A DNA stretch of 64,000 nt from the NCBI GenBank assembly GCA_009914755.4, contig CP068257.2, forward strand, positions 43,168,001 to 43,232,000. The letters are read 5' to 3'. This document shows positions 23,800 through 37,820 of the stretch, one piece after another. How positions within the stretch are numbered: the stretch's first letter is position 1; every line of letters starts with the position of its first letter. The position numbers were made by a program, and so were the translations under genes. The stretch is from the human T2T-CHM13v2.0 reference genome, Homo sapiens. The notes beneath the pieces were generated by a model. It saw only the letters and a list, made by a program, of their open reading frames with translations, did not search any database and was not told the origin of the DNA.

Positions 23800-24560
23800 T
23801 GTCAGAGGAAAGATTCAGCGAACCTGAAGGGAAGTCAGTAGAAATGATCCAATGTGAAGAACAGAAAATATTAAAACTAAACTAAACTGAGCCCCAGACA
23901 CCTGTGGGGGAAAAACAAAAGGTCTAATTTTCATGTCATTTTGGAGTCCCAGAAAGATTGGTAAAGAAAAACTGTTTGAAGAAATAAAGACTCAAAAAAA
24001 ATCACAAATTTAGTGAAAAGAGATCAATGTATAGATTCAAGAAGTTCAGCAAACCCCAAAGAAGATAAACTCAAAACCACAATCAGGAACGTGATAATCA
24101 AAGATAAAGAAAAAAGTCTTGCAGTCAGCCAGAGGAGAACAGTACCTCACCTTCAGGGGAAGCAGTTCGAGCCACTGCACACTCCTCATCAGAAACCGTG
24201 CAGGCCAGGAGGCAGAAATGACCCTGTGAAAGCGCCGAAGGCAATTCAGTTCAGAATTTAATATCTAGTGAAAATGCTCTTCAGGAAAGGCAGTGAAAAG
24301 ACATTCTCAGACGAAAGAAAATAAAGAGAATTTATAGCCAGCAGGCTATGTTTTAAGAAATGATAAGGAAGTTCTTGAGGCAGAAGGGTATACGATAACC
24401 AGACAAGGAAGTGAAGAACCCCAGAATGGTTAAAATTAACTAAATATAGAAAACATTTGTTCCAGATTTTTAATCATCTGAAAGATAATTAACTGTTTAA
24501 AACAGGAACCAACAAACTTTTTCTGCAAAAGAACAGACAGTAAATATTTTATGCTTTCCT
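23800..24560 (+). mobile_element. Ancient L1 fragment (ORF1 C-terminal region)
   Basis: The translation includes ...TTIRNVIIKDKEKSLAVSQRR...GKQFEP..., homologous to the L1 ORF1p RRM/CTD segment. It is degenerate. Confidence 0.5.
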
Positions 24561-24606
24561 AGCCAAAGGCTGGGAGAGTCCTCAACTCTTTAAACAATTC
24601 TCATCA

Positions 24607-24745
<139 letters not shown>

Positions 24746-24749
24746 TTAT

Positions 24750-25047
24750 TTTATTTTATTTTTTGAGATGGAGGATTGCTGTGTCGCCCAGGCTGGAGTG
24801 CAGTGGTGCAATCTCAGCTCGCTGTAACCTCTGCCTCCTGGGTTCAAGCAATCCTCCTGCCTCAGCCTCCTGAGTAGCTGGGCAGCACAGGTGTGCGGCA
24901 CCATGCCTGGCTAATTTTTGTATTTTTAGTAGAGACGGGGTTTCACCATATTGGCCAGGCTGGTCTTGAACTCCTGACCTCATGATCCGCCCGCCTCAGC
25001 CTCCCAAAGTGCTGGGATTACAGGCATAAGCCACCGTGCCCGGCCTA
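24750..25047 (-). mobile_element. Alu (antisense, full length)
   Basis: It reads TTTTGAGATGGAGGATTGCTGTGTCGCCCAGGCTGGAGTGCAGTGG...GGATTACAGGCATAAGCCACCGTGCCCGGCC. Confidence 0.9.
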
Positions 25048-25269
25048 GAAATAATATAATTTTAAAAAAGAAAGGCAAAGTCCTGTGGGAGAAAGAATAC
25101 CTAGATGCCGAGGCAAGAGACTAAAGGCACAAACTGTTTCAGTATAATAAAGAAAATAGAATAAGAATAGTCATAATACAAATTAGATATACAGATGATC
25201 ATGGACAATTATCAATCATTATTATAAACATTATTAATCATTAGCTTTTAACATTACTCTTTGTTACAT

Positions 25270-26351
<1,082 letters not shown>

Positions 26352-26929
26352 CCTTTTGACATTTTACATTTAAAGTGTTTAAAATGTAAAAACCAAATAA
26401 ATAAATAAATAAAATAAAATAAAATGTAAAAACCATTCTTAGCTCGTAGGTAGACTGCACTTCATCCATGGGCCATCGTTTGCCAACCCTTGGTCTAAAA
26501 CAGACAGTTGCCATATAGTTGGTTTACAGCATTTGTAAACGTCAATCATAACTCAGCATTGTTATGGTGATGACGTCGTCATTGGTTATGACATCATCTA
26601 TAGATTCAACATAACCCCAACCAAAATCTCAGCAGGACTTTTTGTAGAAATCAACACTCTGATTCTAAAAGTTCTAGGGAAAGGCAAAGGAACTAGAAAA
26701 GTTCAGGGAAATTTAAGGAACTAGAATAGCCAAACAGTTTTGCAAAGAACAGAATCAGAGAACTCACCATACCTGACTTGAAGTCTTAATATAAAGTCAC
26801 AGTCATCAAATGTGAAGTGACAGGCACACAGATCACTATCCCTGAACACACTGACAGATCAGAGGTGGACACACACACAAATGGCCCGTTGATTTTTCAC
26901 ACAGGTGCAGCGACAATGCACTGGACAGA

Positions 26930-27125
26930 AGACATCTTTCTGTGCACAGAGAGACCTCCACGCCGACCTCAGTGGGGAGAATATGCCTTTCCGTGCACGG
27001 AGAGACCTCCACGCCAACACTGGTGAAGGAAATATGCCTTTCCGTGCACGGAGAGACCTCCACACTGACACTGGTGGAGAGAAGACGCCTTTCTGTACAT
27101 AGACAGACCTCCACACTGACATCAG
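26930..27125. repeat. 57-bp tandem repeat x ~3.5 (GCCTTTCCGTGCACGGAGAGACCTCCACGCC....)
   Basis: The motif 'gcctttccgtgcacggagagacctccac' recurs at 26986 and 27043, with diverged flanking copies. It underlies ORFs 26859..27122(-) and 26905..27102(+). Confidence 0.85.
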
Positions 27126-28679
27126 GCCCGGTCCCTGATGACGAAAGGCCCATTTTCCTCACGATGCGCCCACCACCTCCCACTGCTTCCTGACCCCAAA
27201 CAAGGTCACATCCCAACACGGAATGCTGCAGGGTTGCAAGCCCTCACCAACGTGTTCAGGCCAGGGTTGGAGAAATATATAGCGTACCAAGCCTGGCAGG
27301 TGAAATAAGGCTGGATTGGGCCGGGGGCACTGACCTAGGACATAGGGATTACTGTGTTGCATGAGGTACTTGGAAATGAGTTCCTCATCTGGCTGATAGA
27401 CTCTCGGGCTGCACTGTGGCCAATTAGCTTGACACGATGGCCTTCCTGGCGTCCTCCGTGTGTGGCCCCTGCACCAGCGGCATCTACGTCACTCAGGGAC
27501 TGGTCCCAAAGGTGGATTCTTGGGCCCCTTCCCAGGCTTGCCAAATCAGAGCCTTGGGGACCTGTGTCCTGGCGAGCCCTCCAGAGGGTTCCCATGCTGT
27601 GAGTGTGAGATGCGAGTTATGTGTGAATTCTTTAGGAATCCTGCTGACACGCAGCCTCTGACCCAGCAGGTCCTCGGTGGGGATGGACACTAGGTACTCC
27701 AGGTGCTCCAGGTGCTGCCAGTGCTGCTGCTGGAGGGGGTGCCTGCGAGGAGCCTCTGGAGCAGGGTTCTCAGCTTTGGCTAGACATTGGATTCACCTGG
27801 AGAGTAAAAAGAAACACTCGTGCCAGGCCCGCGAGGTCCATGCGTTGGTGCAGGGTCTGGCAGTGCAGGTATAAACACTCCTCGGTGATTCCATCGTGTA
27901 GCCAAGGCGGAGTCGCTGCCACAGAGGGTGAAGCGGAACGCTCACGGAGATAGGCGCTGGGTGGTTTGTGTGCAGCCTGCCTGCTCTCTCCCGGCCACAT
28001 CCGGACACTCCCTGAACCAGGTCATTAAGGCGTGGGAAGGCTCACAGTTCCCTGGTGAGATTTCTGAGGCCCAAGACGTTGCAAGGGAGACGGGCTCCCA
28101 GATCTCAGGGGCGACGACAAGAACCCGGCGTGCTGGATGCCAGGTGTCAGCACTGAACGTGAGAGACAGTGGGAGTGGGCATCGCTGTAAGCCACGGAGG
28201 GAGAGGAACTCAGAGCTGCCTGAGCCACAGCGATGGTCGTGGTGGTGAATCCATCACAAGGAGACAGAGGCAAAGCTACCAAGCTATTGCCTGACATCTA
28301 CAGGCAGGAAAACTCTAGGTCTGTTGGTCAAAACCCAACTGGAATCACCACAGTGGGGCCTCCTGAGCATCTTCCCGAGGTGCCTGGGACTTTGAAGGGG
28401 GAGCCTCCCATGGGTGTGGGCCACAGATCAGCCCCTGCTCCTTCCAAGGCCCCCTGGCCATTTTCAAGGGTCACGGAGTTCCAGGGAAGGACAGCACCCT
28501 CCAGGGTTATTAGGTGCTGGTTCTGCAGGGCCTGGCCAGCCAGCAAGGTCCCTGGCTGGAGTAGGGTCTCCCCGCAGTCGACCATACAGTGGGCCCAGCA
28601 GGAACACACACATTTAGCAACTGGCGGAGTCTCCTCTCTTCACTGTCGTTGCAGAAAGGGCCGAGTGAGACCACGTGCA

Positions 28680-29290
28680 CCTGCAGCCCCCACCCCTCCC
28701 CAACCTTACCCCACCCCTGCAGCCCCCACCCCACCCCACCCCTGCAGCCCCCACCCCACCCCGTCCCCACCCCACCCCACCCCACCCGTGCAGCCCCCAC
28801 CACACCCCTGACCCCACCCCACCCCTGCAGCCCCCACCCCACCCCATCCCCACCCTACCCCTGCAGCCCCCACCCCACCCCACCCCTGCAGCCCCCACCC
28901 CACCCCGTCCCCACCCCACCCCACCCCACCCCTGCAGCCCCCACCACACCCCTGACCCCACCCCACCCCTGCAGCCCCCACCCCACCCCATCCCCACCCC
29001 ACCCCACCTCTGCAGCCCCCACCCCACCCCTGTCCCCACCCCACCCCACCCCTGCAGCCCCCACCCCACCCCTGTCCCCACCCCACCCCACCTCTGCAGC
29101 CCCCACCCCACCCCTGTCCCCACCCCACCCCACCTCTGCAGCCCCCACCCCACCCCTGTCCCCACCCCACCCCACCTCTGCAGCCCCCACCCCACCCCTG
29201 TCCCCACCCCACCCCACCCCTGCAGCCCCCACCCCACCCCATCCCCACCCCACCCCACCCCTGCAGCCCCCACCCCACCCCTGTCCCCAC
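28680..29290. repeat. 42-bp C-rich minisatellite x ~14.5 (CCCCACCCCACCCCTGTCCCCACCCCACCCCACCTCTGCAGC)
   Basis: The motif 'ctgcag' recurs with a strict 42-bp period (e.g. ending at 29099, 29141 and 29183). It generates the long PTPP/GWG artefact ORFs 28589..29488(+), 28614..29570(-) and others. Confidence 0.92.
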
Positions 29291-29869
29291 CCCTGTCCCA
29301 GAGAGAGGGAACTAGAGACACTACCAGAGCCTGGGAACTGTGGAGGTCAAGGTGCCAGTCAAGGCTTGCATGACACGCAGTGCCCGTGTTGTGAGCAGAA
29401 TCGTGTCTCCCTAAATTCCAGTGTTGAGATCCAAACCCCTGGGACCTCAGTGGGACTGTGTTTGGAGACAGGCTCCCTACAGAGATGATTATGTTAAAGT
29501 AGGTCACTAGGCTGGTCCCTGGCCCCATCTGACTGAAGTCCTTGTAAGAGCAGATGAGGACACAGACCACGTGAGGACCGGGGGAGGAGATGCCGTCTGC
29601 ACGCCCAGGAGAGAGGCCTCAGGAGGAACCGGCCCTGCCGCTCCAGGACCTCAGACATGCAGTTTTCAGGGCTGAGAGGGAGCCAGTGTCTGTGTGAGCC
29701 ACCTGGCTGTGGCGTCTGTCCTGGCAGCTGCAGCACACACACCCCACGGTCCACGAACCCCCTTCACAGCTGTCGCCAGAGCCACGTGGGGCTTGGAGAA
29801 GAACTGGATTGTCACGCTCTCAGTCAGGTGGTGATGCCAGTCACGCGAGGCTCCGAGGCAGCAGGTTTC

Positions 29870-30045
29870 AGGGGCACCTCCGTGCAGTCCCCGGCACCCA
29901 GGGTGCAGCCCCCAGCACCTCCGTGTAGCCCCCGACACCCAGGGTGCAGCCCCCGGCACCTCCGTGTAGCCCCCGGCACCCAGGCAGTCCCCGGCACCTC
30001 CGTGTAGCTCCCGGCACCCAGGGTGCAGCTCCTGGCCCGGCCTCT
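29870..30045. repeat. ~30-bp GC-rich tandem repeat x ~5 (CCCGGCACCCAGGGTGCAGCCCCCAGCACCTCCGTGTAGC, with length variation)
   Basis: The motifs 'cacctccgtgtagcccccg(g/a)cacccagg(g)tgcagcccccggcacctccgtgtag' repeat. Confidence 0.8.
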
Positions 30046-30939
30046 GCTTTGCCGGTTGCTTCCAGTCCTAGCAGCAAAGATCGCAGAGCCTCTGTCCTCT
30101 TGGGGTGCGGGGCAGAGCACGGGCACCATCTCCTCAGGGCTGGGCCCCCGTTCTTGCCCTACGACTCTGCAGAGACAATCGTGTGACTCGCAGCTCATGA
30201 ATTAGCCTGGTAGACAGGAGGCCGGAGAAGCCCGGATGCCTGGCCTGGGTGCCCGTGTGTCCCAGGGGACAGACCCTGCCCAGCCCAGGGGCCTGCCATG
30301 CTCTCTGGACGTGTTGGGATGTCTGAGGGTGGGGCAAGAGAGAGAGAAGGAGAGGGAGAAAGGGAGAGAGGAGCGGAGAAGGAAAGAAAGGTAAAGAAGG
30401 AGAGGGTGGGGTGGAGAGAGAGAGGGGGGACAGGGCTGCTGTAGGTCCCTGTGGCCACGGCACAGGGTGGCTGTGGGCTGGGGGGCCTAAGGTTGGGGCC
30501 GGCCTATTCCTTGTGTGGGTGTGTGGCTCTGACCCAGCAGCAGGGCCATGCCTTTGCCCGTTGGAGCCCGGCTTGGAGCAGGAGCAGGTGGGGTGTAGGG
30601 CCAGGCTGCGGCACCAGTGGCCCTGGGGCCTGGGAACCTGCCTGCGGTGCAGGCGTCTGCCCTTCCTAGAGGAGGCGCTGGGTGAGACCCTCCAGGGTGT
30701 TTGGGGCCAAGCTGTGCGCACCTCTGATGCCAGCTGTTCTCGGTTTGGAAAGCGCTCACTGTGCATGTGGCGCTGGGGGCTGAGCTGCACGTTCCAGGCC
30801 CCCCCCCAGGCCCCCCGCACACATCGTGGCCCACAGCCATGAGCCTCGCAGCACCACCATAAAGGGGAATCATAAATAGGGACCAGGTCCCAGAAGGTGC
30901 ACACAGCGCGCAGGGCACCAGCGCCCGGGTACGCCCCGC

Positions 30940-31030
30940 CCACCGCTCCCAGTCTCACCCCTCCCAGACTCACCCCTCCCAGACTCACCCCTCCCAGACT
31001 CACCCCTCCCAGACTCACCCCTGGGGCTGC
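30940..31030. repeat. 18-bp tandem repeat x5 (CCCCTCCCAGACTCACCC)
   Basis: It reads ctcacccctcccagactcacccctcccagactcacccctcccagactcacccctcccagactcacccctgg. Confidence 0.9.
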
Positions 31031-32263
31031 TGGCCCCGCCCACCCCTCCTAGGCTCAACCCTGGGGCTGCTGGTCCCGCAGAGCTGGGCAGCTGCTGCCT
31101 CAAAGCCTGGCCAGGCAGCCGGAGCGGGCAGGGGATCCCCGGAGCAGAACTTCAGGTTGAACATGGGCTTCCACCTCACGTGGAAGGAAGACAGCTGAGG
31201 CGTGGGTGTGAACAGGCTCTTGGGCAGTGGCTGTCAGGAGCCCAAGGCCAGGGGCATGCACAGAGCAGGGCTGGAGGGTCGCTGAGCAGGGGCCTGGGGA
31301 GGCTGTGTGGCTGGGCCTCTCAGAGCCATCAGAATGTGACAAACTTCCAGCCCCACCAAAGGCCACCAGGGGCACCCACTGCAGAGGAGGCCCCTGCTCA
31401 AGTGGAAGGTGGCCTGTCCCCTAGGCCTGTCCCCAGGCCCCCCATCCGCCCTTGTCAATGGGTCCATGTACAAGGTGGGCACGGTGACTCGCGGGGGCTC
31501 TGCACCTTCACCCCCTTCCCAAGCCTGCTCCGTCTGCTCTCCCAAGGCCTGGCATGGCACTGTCGTCGGCCCTCCTGCCCGGTCACTGTGAGCTGGCCAC
31601 TCCTCTCGACTGGTGGGGTAGTGGTGGCTGCCAGCGACCACCCCCTCCCCGTGCCCCTTCAGGCCCAGCGGTGGCGAAGGCTCCCACTGTGCCATCAGGG
31701 GCTGCCATCCGTCATGCTCAACCCCGCCCACACCTCTGTAAGGAACTCCGTGATTAGATTTGCCTGTGCTTTTTGTGGTCAACAGTTTCACCTGGACTGA
31801 GCCAGGCAGTTCCTTTGCTGGCTTTGCCTGGGCTCACTGACATGGCCGTGGTCAGCTGCTGGCCCAATGAGGGCTGGACAGTCTGAGATGACCTCGGCCA
31901 CATGTCTGGTGTGTGGTGCTGGCTGCGGCTGGGCTCCCATCTCCAGCAGGAGAGCCTGGGCTTCTCCACCCAGCAGCATTCCCAGAGGGGAGAGGAGAGA
32001 CACAAGGCCTCTTGGAGCCCAGGAAAGTCCCTTCCATCACATTCTGTGTGAGCCACACACAGCCAGCCAACCAGCGTGGGAGGGGACCAAGAGACGAGAT
32101 TCCCTGACGGCCATCACGCAGCCACGGACCACAGTAATAGCATAGAGAAAAGAGACTCCGTCAGTAGATCTGACTCTGCTCCTATGAAAAGTGAATAAAA
32201 TGGAAAAGTTCACAAGTCTGAAAAAGAAAGAATGGAAAAAGCAGTAGGAACTTTAAACGGTGA

Positions 32264-32552
32264 GGCTGGGTGCAGTGGGGTCGCTACACCTGGAATCCCA
32301 GTGAGGCAGGAGGATCACCTGAGCCCAGGAGTTCAAGACCAGCCTGGGCAACATAGTGAGACCCTATCTCTACAAAAAAATTAACCAGGCGTGGTGGTGT
32401 GCACCTATAGACCCTGCTACTCAGGAGGCTGAAGCAGGAGGATTGCTTGAGCCTGGGAGTTTAAGACCACAGTGAGCTACCATCATGCCACTGCACTCAG
32501 CCTGGGTGATAGAGTAAGACCCTGCCTCTGAAAAAAAAAAAAAAAAAAAAGG
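32264..32552 (+). mobile_element. Alu (older, diverged) with a long poly(A)
   Basis: It reads GAGGCTGGGTGCAGTGGGGTCGCTACACCTGGAATCCCAGTGAGGCAGGAGGATCACCTGAGCCCAGGAGTTCAAGACCAGCCTGGGCAACATAGTGAGACC... and ends in (A)22. Confidence 0.85.
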
Positions 32553-32556
32553 ATAT

Positions 32557-32870
32557 TGGCCAGGCGCGGTGGCTCACACCTGTAATCCCAGCACTTTGGG
32601 AGGCCAAGGCAGGCGGATCACGAAGTCAGGAGTTCGAGACCATCGTGGCTAACATGGTGAAACCCTGTCTGTACTAAAAACATAAAAAAATTAGCCGGGC
32701 GTGGTGGCGGGCTCCCGTAGTCCCAGTTACTCGGGAGGCTGAGGCAGGAGAATGGCGTGAACCCAGGAGGCAGAGCTTGTAGTGAGTCGAGATTGCGCCA
32801 CTGTACTCCAGCCTGGGCGACAGAGCGAGACTCGTCTCAAAAAAAAAAAAAACAAAAAAAAAACTTAGAC
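32557..32870 (+). mobile_element. Alu, young (AluY-like), directly abutting the previous Alu
   Basis: It reads GGCCAGGCGCGGTGGCTCACACCTGTAATCCCAGCACTTTGGGAGGCCAAGGCAGGCGGATCACGAAGTCAGGAGTTCGAGACCATCGTGGCTAACATGGTGAAACCC...GACTCGTCTCAAAAAAAAAAAAACAAAAAAAAAA. Confidence 0.9.
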
Positions 32871-33119
32871 AACCTGAATAGACCAATAACCATGGAAGAA
32901 ACTGAGGCAGTATTAAAATACTCAACTCCCCTAAAAAAGACAGTGCCTCCAGATGCTTTAAAGATCTTCCACAACATAGAAAACCATGGAAACTTTCCAC
33001 TACAACTCCAGCATGACCCTGATGTCCAAACCTACAAGGACAGCACAAAAAACAGAAACATACGCCAGCCTCATGAGTACAGGGCGCAAAACCCTTAAAT
33101 AAAACGTGCGAATCAAATT

Positions 33120-33240
33120 CACTGATGTGCACCTGTGGTCTCAGCTACTCGGAAGGCAGAGGCAGGAGGATCACTTGAGGCCAGAAGCTCAAGACCCACC
33201 TGGTGAACCCATAGCAAAACCCACCTCTACAAATTTTAAA
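33120..33240 (+). mobile_element. Alu fragment (right-arm-like)
   Basis: It reads GCACCTGTGGTCTCAGCTACTCGGAAGGCAGAGGCAGGAGGATCACTTGAGGCCAGAAGCTCAAGACC. Confidence 0.6.
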
Positions 33241-35224
33241 AGAAAAATTACCCGTGTATTAAAATAGTTGTTCATTCTGCCGCTTTCACTGCCCCAGCTC
33301 AGCAGACTGGCCGAAGGACGGCCGACCACCCCCTCCACCTATCGGCTCTGTCTGGGCCCTCAATAGGTTGGATGGTCCCACCTGTGCTCGGGAGAGGGTT
33401 GGCTTTCCTGGGTCCACCAAATCCAATGCTGACCTGTCAGCACCCTCACAGACACACCCAGAAACACATGTAACCAGCTATCAGGCATCCTGTGGCCCAG
33501 TCAATTGACACATAAAATTAAGCATCACTGGGGGCTCTGCTGCACATGCCTCACGTGGTGACTTCCGGGGGTCTCCAGAAAGCAGAGCCTGGGACAAGGC
33601 CTTGGAAGTAGTTTCTTTGGGGGGTGGTCTATTGAGGTAGGAGTGTGGGGGTGGGGAGTGTGAGTCGGGCCGGGAGGAAGCATCAGGAAGCGTGAGCACA
33701 GAGCTGTGGGCTGCAGGTGGGGCCGGGGCTCATTGCTGCTGGGACCCTCAAGGAACCAGGCCCAGAGGCTGGGGCAGCCCCTCCTGTGAGGACTGAGCCC
33801 CAAGGCACACAGCCCTGGATGGTCAGGCCCGGCTGTGGGGCCCTGCCCTGGGCACAGCCATGGCCACCTCTGCTGCTGATCCAGCCACAGTTAACGAGAT
33901 TCTCTTCTCCCGGGTGGATGCCTCCCTGAATCCCGTTACCTATAGAGAAACCGGAAGCGGCAGCTCACAGCATCTCCCCAGCTGGCCACGTGCAGGGCTT
34001 CTGAGAGCTGCATGGTTCTGTGGGGTGGCTCAGGTGTCTCTGGGACAGTGTCCCCTTGCTGATAATGTCCCCACTCATTCCCAGCATTGAGATTATGGAG
34101 CAAGAGACAATGGCAGGGAGAAAGCATCCCGGGGAGCAGACCTGGGTCCACGTCTTGAGCCTCCAGCCTCCACCTGGCGACCCTCACAAGGGCGGCGTCA
34201 GCAGTGTCAGTGATGTTCTTGTTCTTGGTGCTGTCGCCTGAATTGGCCAAGCTCCGATTCCACGTGTGTAATGGTGGTGGCATTCCTCCCATACTGCTGG
34301 TCTGCAGGAGCACCTGGGGATTAAACAAGGTTGTGAGTGAGGCCCCGACATCAGCAGGCGGGCAGTAAGGGATTGCTGCCACTTCGGTTGTGCGTGGTGT
34401 TCCATCCTTAAAAGTAAAGGGCTGGGGTGAGGGGCAAGAGGGGAGATTGTGGAATCTCCACCAAATTTTCTCCTGTTCTCAGATGAACGTTTAGTTTGCA
34501 GAGGCTGTACATCATTAAACACAGCCACGAGTCGCTTAGGCACAGGGATTGAGGAGTGCGGCGTTGGGTGGTTTGGTCCCTGTGCACACATCACGGAGTG
34601 CACGCACACACACCTAGGTGGGAAAGACTGTGTGCTCAGGGTGCCTGATGGAGGGGATCACTCTGGGCTGCAAACTTTACAGCATGTTACTGTGTGGGAA
34701 CTGCAGGCAACTGGAACGCAGTGGCCAGAATTTATGTATCCGGACACAGAGAAGGTACCATAAACCTACAGAATTGGAACCTTATGGAACCACCGTTGTG
34801 CATGCAGTCAGTCCACCAAAATCTTATGTGGTGTGTGACTGTTTACCTTTCTAGATCATTACAGACTATTTTCTGATTCATTTTTTCCACGTGATTAAAG
34901 CCCAAATTGAGGATTTCAGTGGGATTTAATGCGCTTTCCAGATCCCTTGGGAAACACAGAACATTTACCACCCGCAGCTTCCCAGGGTGCAGTACAGCTC
35001 CATCTCCCCCACACATCACGTGCAACAGACCCCAGACCTGGTTTCCTGTGTGACTAAACGTGCCCAGCCCAGCAACAGCCCCTCACCCCCGTCACGCCTT
35101 CGGTGAATTGCCAACATCGACTCCCAGAGCAACCTGCAGGCGCCGGTGTCATGGACACAGGTGGCCTGAGAAATGTGGGTGCCTTTTCCCCTCCTGAGGC
35201 TCTCCTTTAGGGTTAGGGCCCACC

Positions 35225-35365
35225 AGATGCTTTTTTTTTTTTTTTTTTTGAGAAATGGGCTCTCACTATGTTGCCCAGGCTGGTCTTGAACTCCTGGGTT
35301 CAAGTGATCCTCCCACCTTGGCCTCCCAAGGCACTAGGATTACAGGCAGGAACCGTTGTGCCAGC
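35225..35365 (-). mobile_element. Alu fragment (antisense, ~half element) with a poly-T of 21
   Basis: It reads T(21)GAGAAATGGGCTCTCACTATGTTGCCCAGGCTGGTCTTGAACTCCTGGGTTCAAGTGATCCTCCCACCTTGGCCTCCCAAGGCACTAGGATTACAGGCAGGAACCGTTGTGCCAGCC. Confidence 0.75.
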
Positions 35366-36389
35366 CTGTCTTGGAAGGCAAACACTTTACTATCTCCATA
35401 CAAACCCAGAACGGGGCTGGGCAGGCAGGGCCCCACCTGCTCCTACGTTTTGGCTCTCCTTGCCCTCCATGGGCAATTTGTACCCGTGAAGGGGCTTTGC
35501 TCTTGGGGTCTGCTCTGGGGTTTCCCGGACATTTTATTGATGGCTTCATCCTAGGGCACGCGCCCTGGAAGCAGGCATGGTCCTGGGAACGTCCCATAGG
35601 TCAGCGGGCTCTTCATCATCAATCTGAACAGGTCCCTTCCCAATTCCCAATGAGGGAGTGAAGGAAAGACAGGAGCCCTCACCTCCCAGATGGAGACCAG
35701 CCCCCACAGAGACCCACTAGCCTTGTGGGGGGACCCCTCGCCACGGAGGGCCCAGCTTGGCAAGCAGTCGGCTTCAGCACTGCAGCCTGGAGGATGGCGT
35801 CTGGAAGTCGGCTCCATGTTCTCAGCCTTTGGATTTGGGACAGGTGCCACACAAGCCTTGCACAAGGGGTACAGAAGTGTTTGAGTCCCCAGATTCTCAC
35901 TCTAGGGCTTTTTAGACTCTAATAACGCCCTAATTTGGTGTTTCCTGACAGCGAGGTATGTCTGCCTGGCTCCCCGAGCCCGTTTCTGTGTCTTCTGCCC
36001 TGCAAGTGACCGTTTTCCTCAGCTCCATGGCTGTGGCCCTGGGTAGCCACCTCCACGGCGAGCCTGGGCTCCCTGGAGCTTTCTGGACCTGGCAGTGAGC
36101 TCAGGGTTGCAAGGCCCTCAGGCAGCCAAGATCTGCACCTAGGCGGCTGTGAGGCCGACACACGTCACCGCCTTCAAGCCTCTGCCTCATCCCAAGCCTC
36201 TCTGCAATTATTTACTGCGTAGTTTTTCTTTGAATGATGTCGGGTTTTTTTAAAGTAGAAAACGTCACTGCTTTAAATAACATTAATAGAGTGTGCTATG
36301 GACTAAACTGTGTCCCCCCCAAAACCCATGGGTTGAAGCCCCAACCCCCCAAGTGACTTAGCTGGAGATGGGGCCTTGCCGAGGGGACT

Positions 36390-36640
36390 GTGTCCTCAGG
36401 AGAAGAAAGAGTGAGTCTCTCTCTCTGTCTCTCTCTCCATCTCTAACTGTGTCCTCGGGAAAAGAAAGAATGAGGCTTTCTCTCTCACCTGTGTTCTCAG
36501 GAGAAGAAAGAGTGAGTCTCTCTCTCTGTCTCTCTCTCCATCTCTGTGTCCTCAGGAGAAGAGTGAGGCTTGCTTGCTCGCTTGCTCTCTCTCTTTTTCT
36601 CTCTCTCTCCCCATCACCCTCCGAAAGTGCACCCCTGGGC
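36390..36640. repeat. ~101-bp CT-rich tandem repeat x ~2.5 (GTCCTCAGGAGAAGAAAGAGTGAGTCTCTCTCTCTGTCTCTCTCTCCATCTCT...)
   Basis: The motif recurs at ~36395 and ~36496 with (TC)n-rich cores. It underlies ORFs 36358..36642(-) and 36368..36649(+). Confidence 0.8.
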
Positions 36641-36800
36641 ACACAGTGAGAAGGGCTGCGAGCCAGGGACAGAACTTCCAGAACCCTGAGCTTGGCTTCC
36701 AGCCTCCTGGGCAGCTAGAATTCAGTGTCTGTGGCTGAAGCGCCCCAGCTTGGGGTATTTTGCTAAAGCAGGCCCAGCTGATAAGACAAGGAAAACCCTT

Positions 36801-37097
<297 letters not shown>

Positions 37098-37820
37098 ACA
37101 AGGAAAAAAGGAAAACCCCTCACCACCCACAGGGCACAGGCGGCCTCCCACCACCGCCACCGAATCAGGCCCAGAGTCTGACCTAGGACCCCCTCCCCTG
37201 CAGCCCCTGACCTCCTCTCCGCTTCCCATTCCTCCTCGGCCGAAATCTCAGCCCCTGAACCAAGCCCCGCCTGACTCCTGCCTGGGTCAAACCCTACTCC
37301 GGCCTGGACTCCAAACGCCGGGAGTCCGTCTGAGCACTTCCCGTCTGGAAACATCAGCAGGGTCACACTCATTCCTGGGGCAGGGGACGTGCAGCCCCCG
37401 ACTCTGGGCGGCTCAGGTCTCTGTGCCCACCCCATGCCCAGCCTGATACACAACGGTTTCTCCTTTGCAGATTTGTTACAGGACCCTAACACGTACCCAG
37501 AGGCAGCCGTCAGGTCAGGGTTTCCGCACTAGAGTCCCTTCCGTGGTCGCTAGAAATATGTTACAGGAATGAGGTTTGGCTCCAGACCCCAAGGGAGGGC
37601 TCCTGGATCTCGTGCAAGAAAGAATTCAGGGCAAGTCCACAGTGCAAAGCAATAGCAAGTTTATTGCAAAAGTAAAGTGGTCAAAGAATAGCTCCTCCGT
37701 AGACAGAGCAGGGCATTCCCGGAAGTAAGAGGGGGAACGCGTGCACCGTAGGTGCGGTGCTGGTGTACACGGGGAGGCGTGCTCGGATGCAAGGGTTTGT
37801 GATAAAGGATTAATTTTCTT

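Noticed and set aside
28589-29570. ORFs of 132-318 aa (PTPPHP... / GWGGVG...)
   Set aside because: The 42-bp period (14 codons) of the C-rich minisatellite keeps every frame open. This is a pure repeat artefact.
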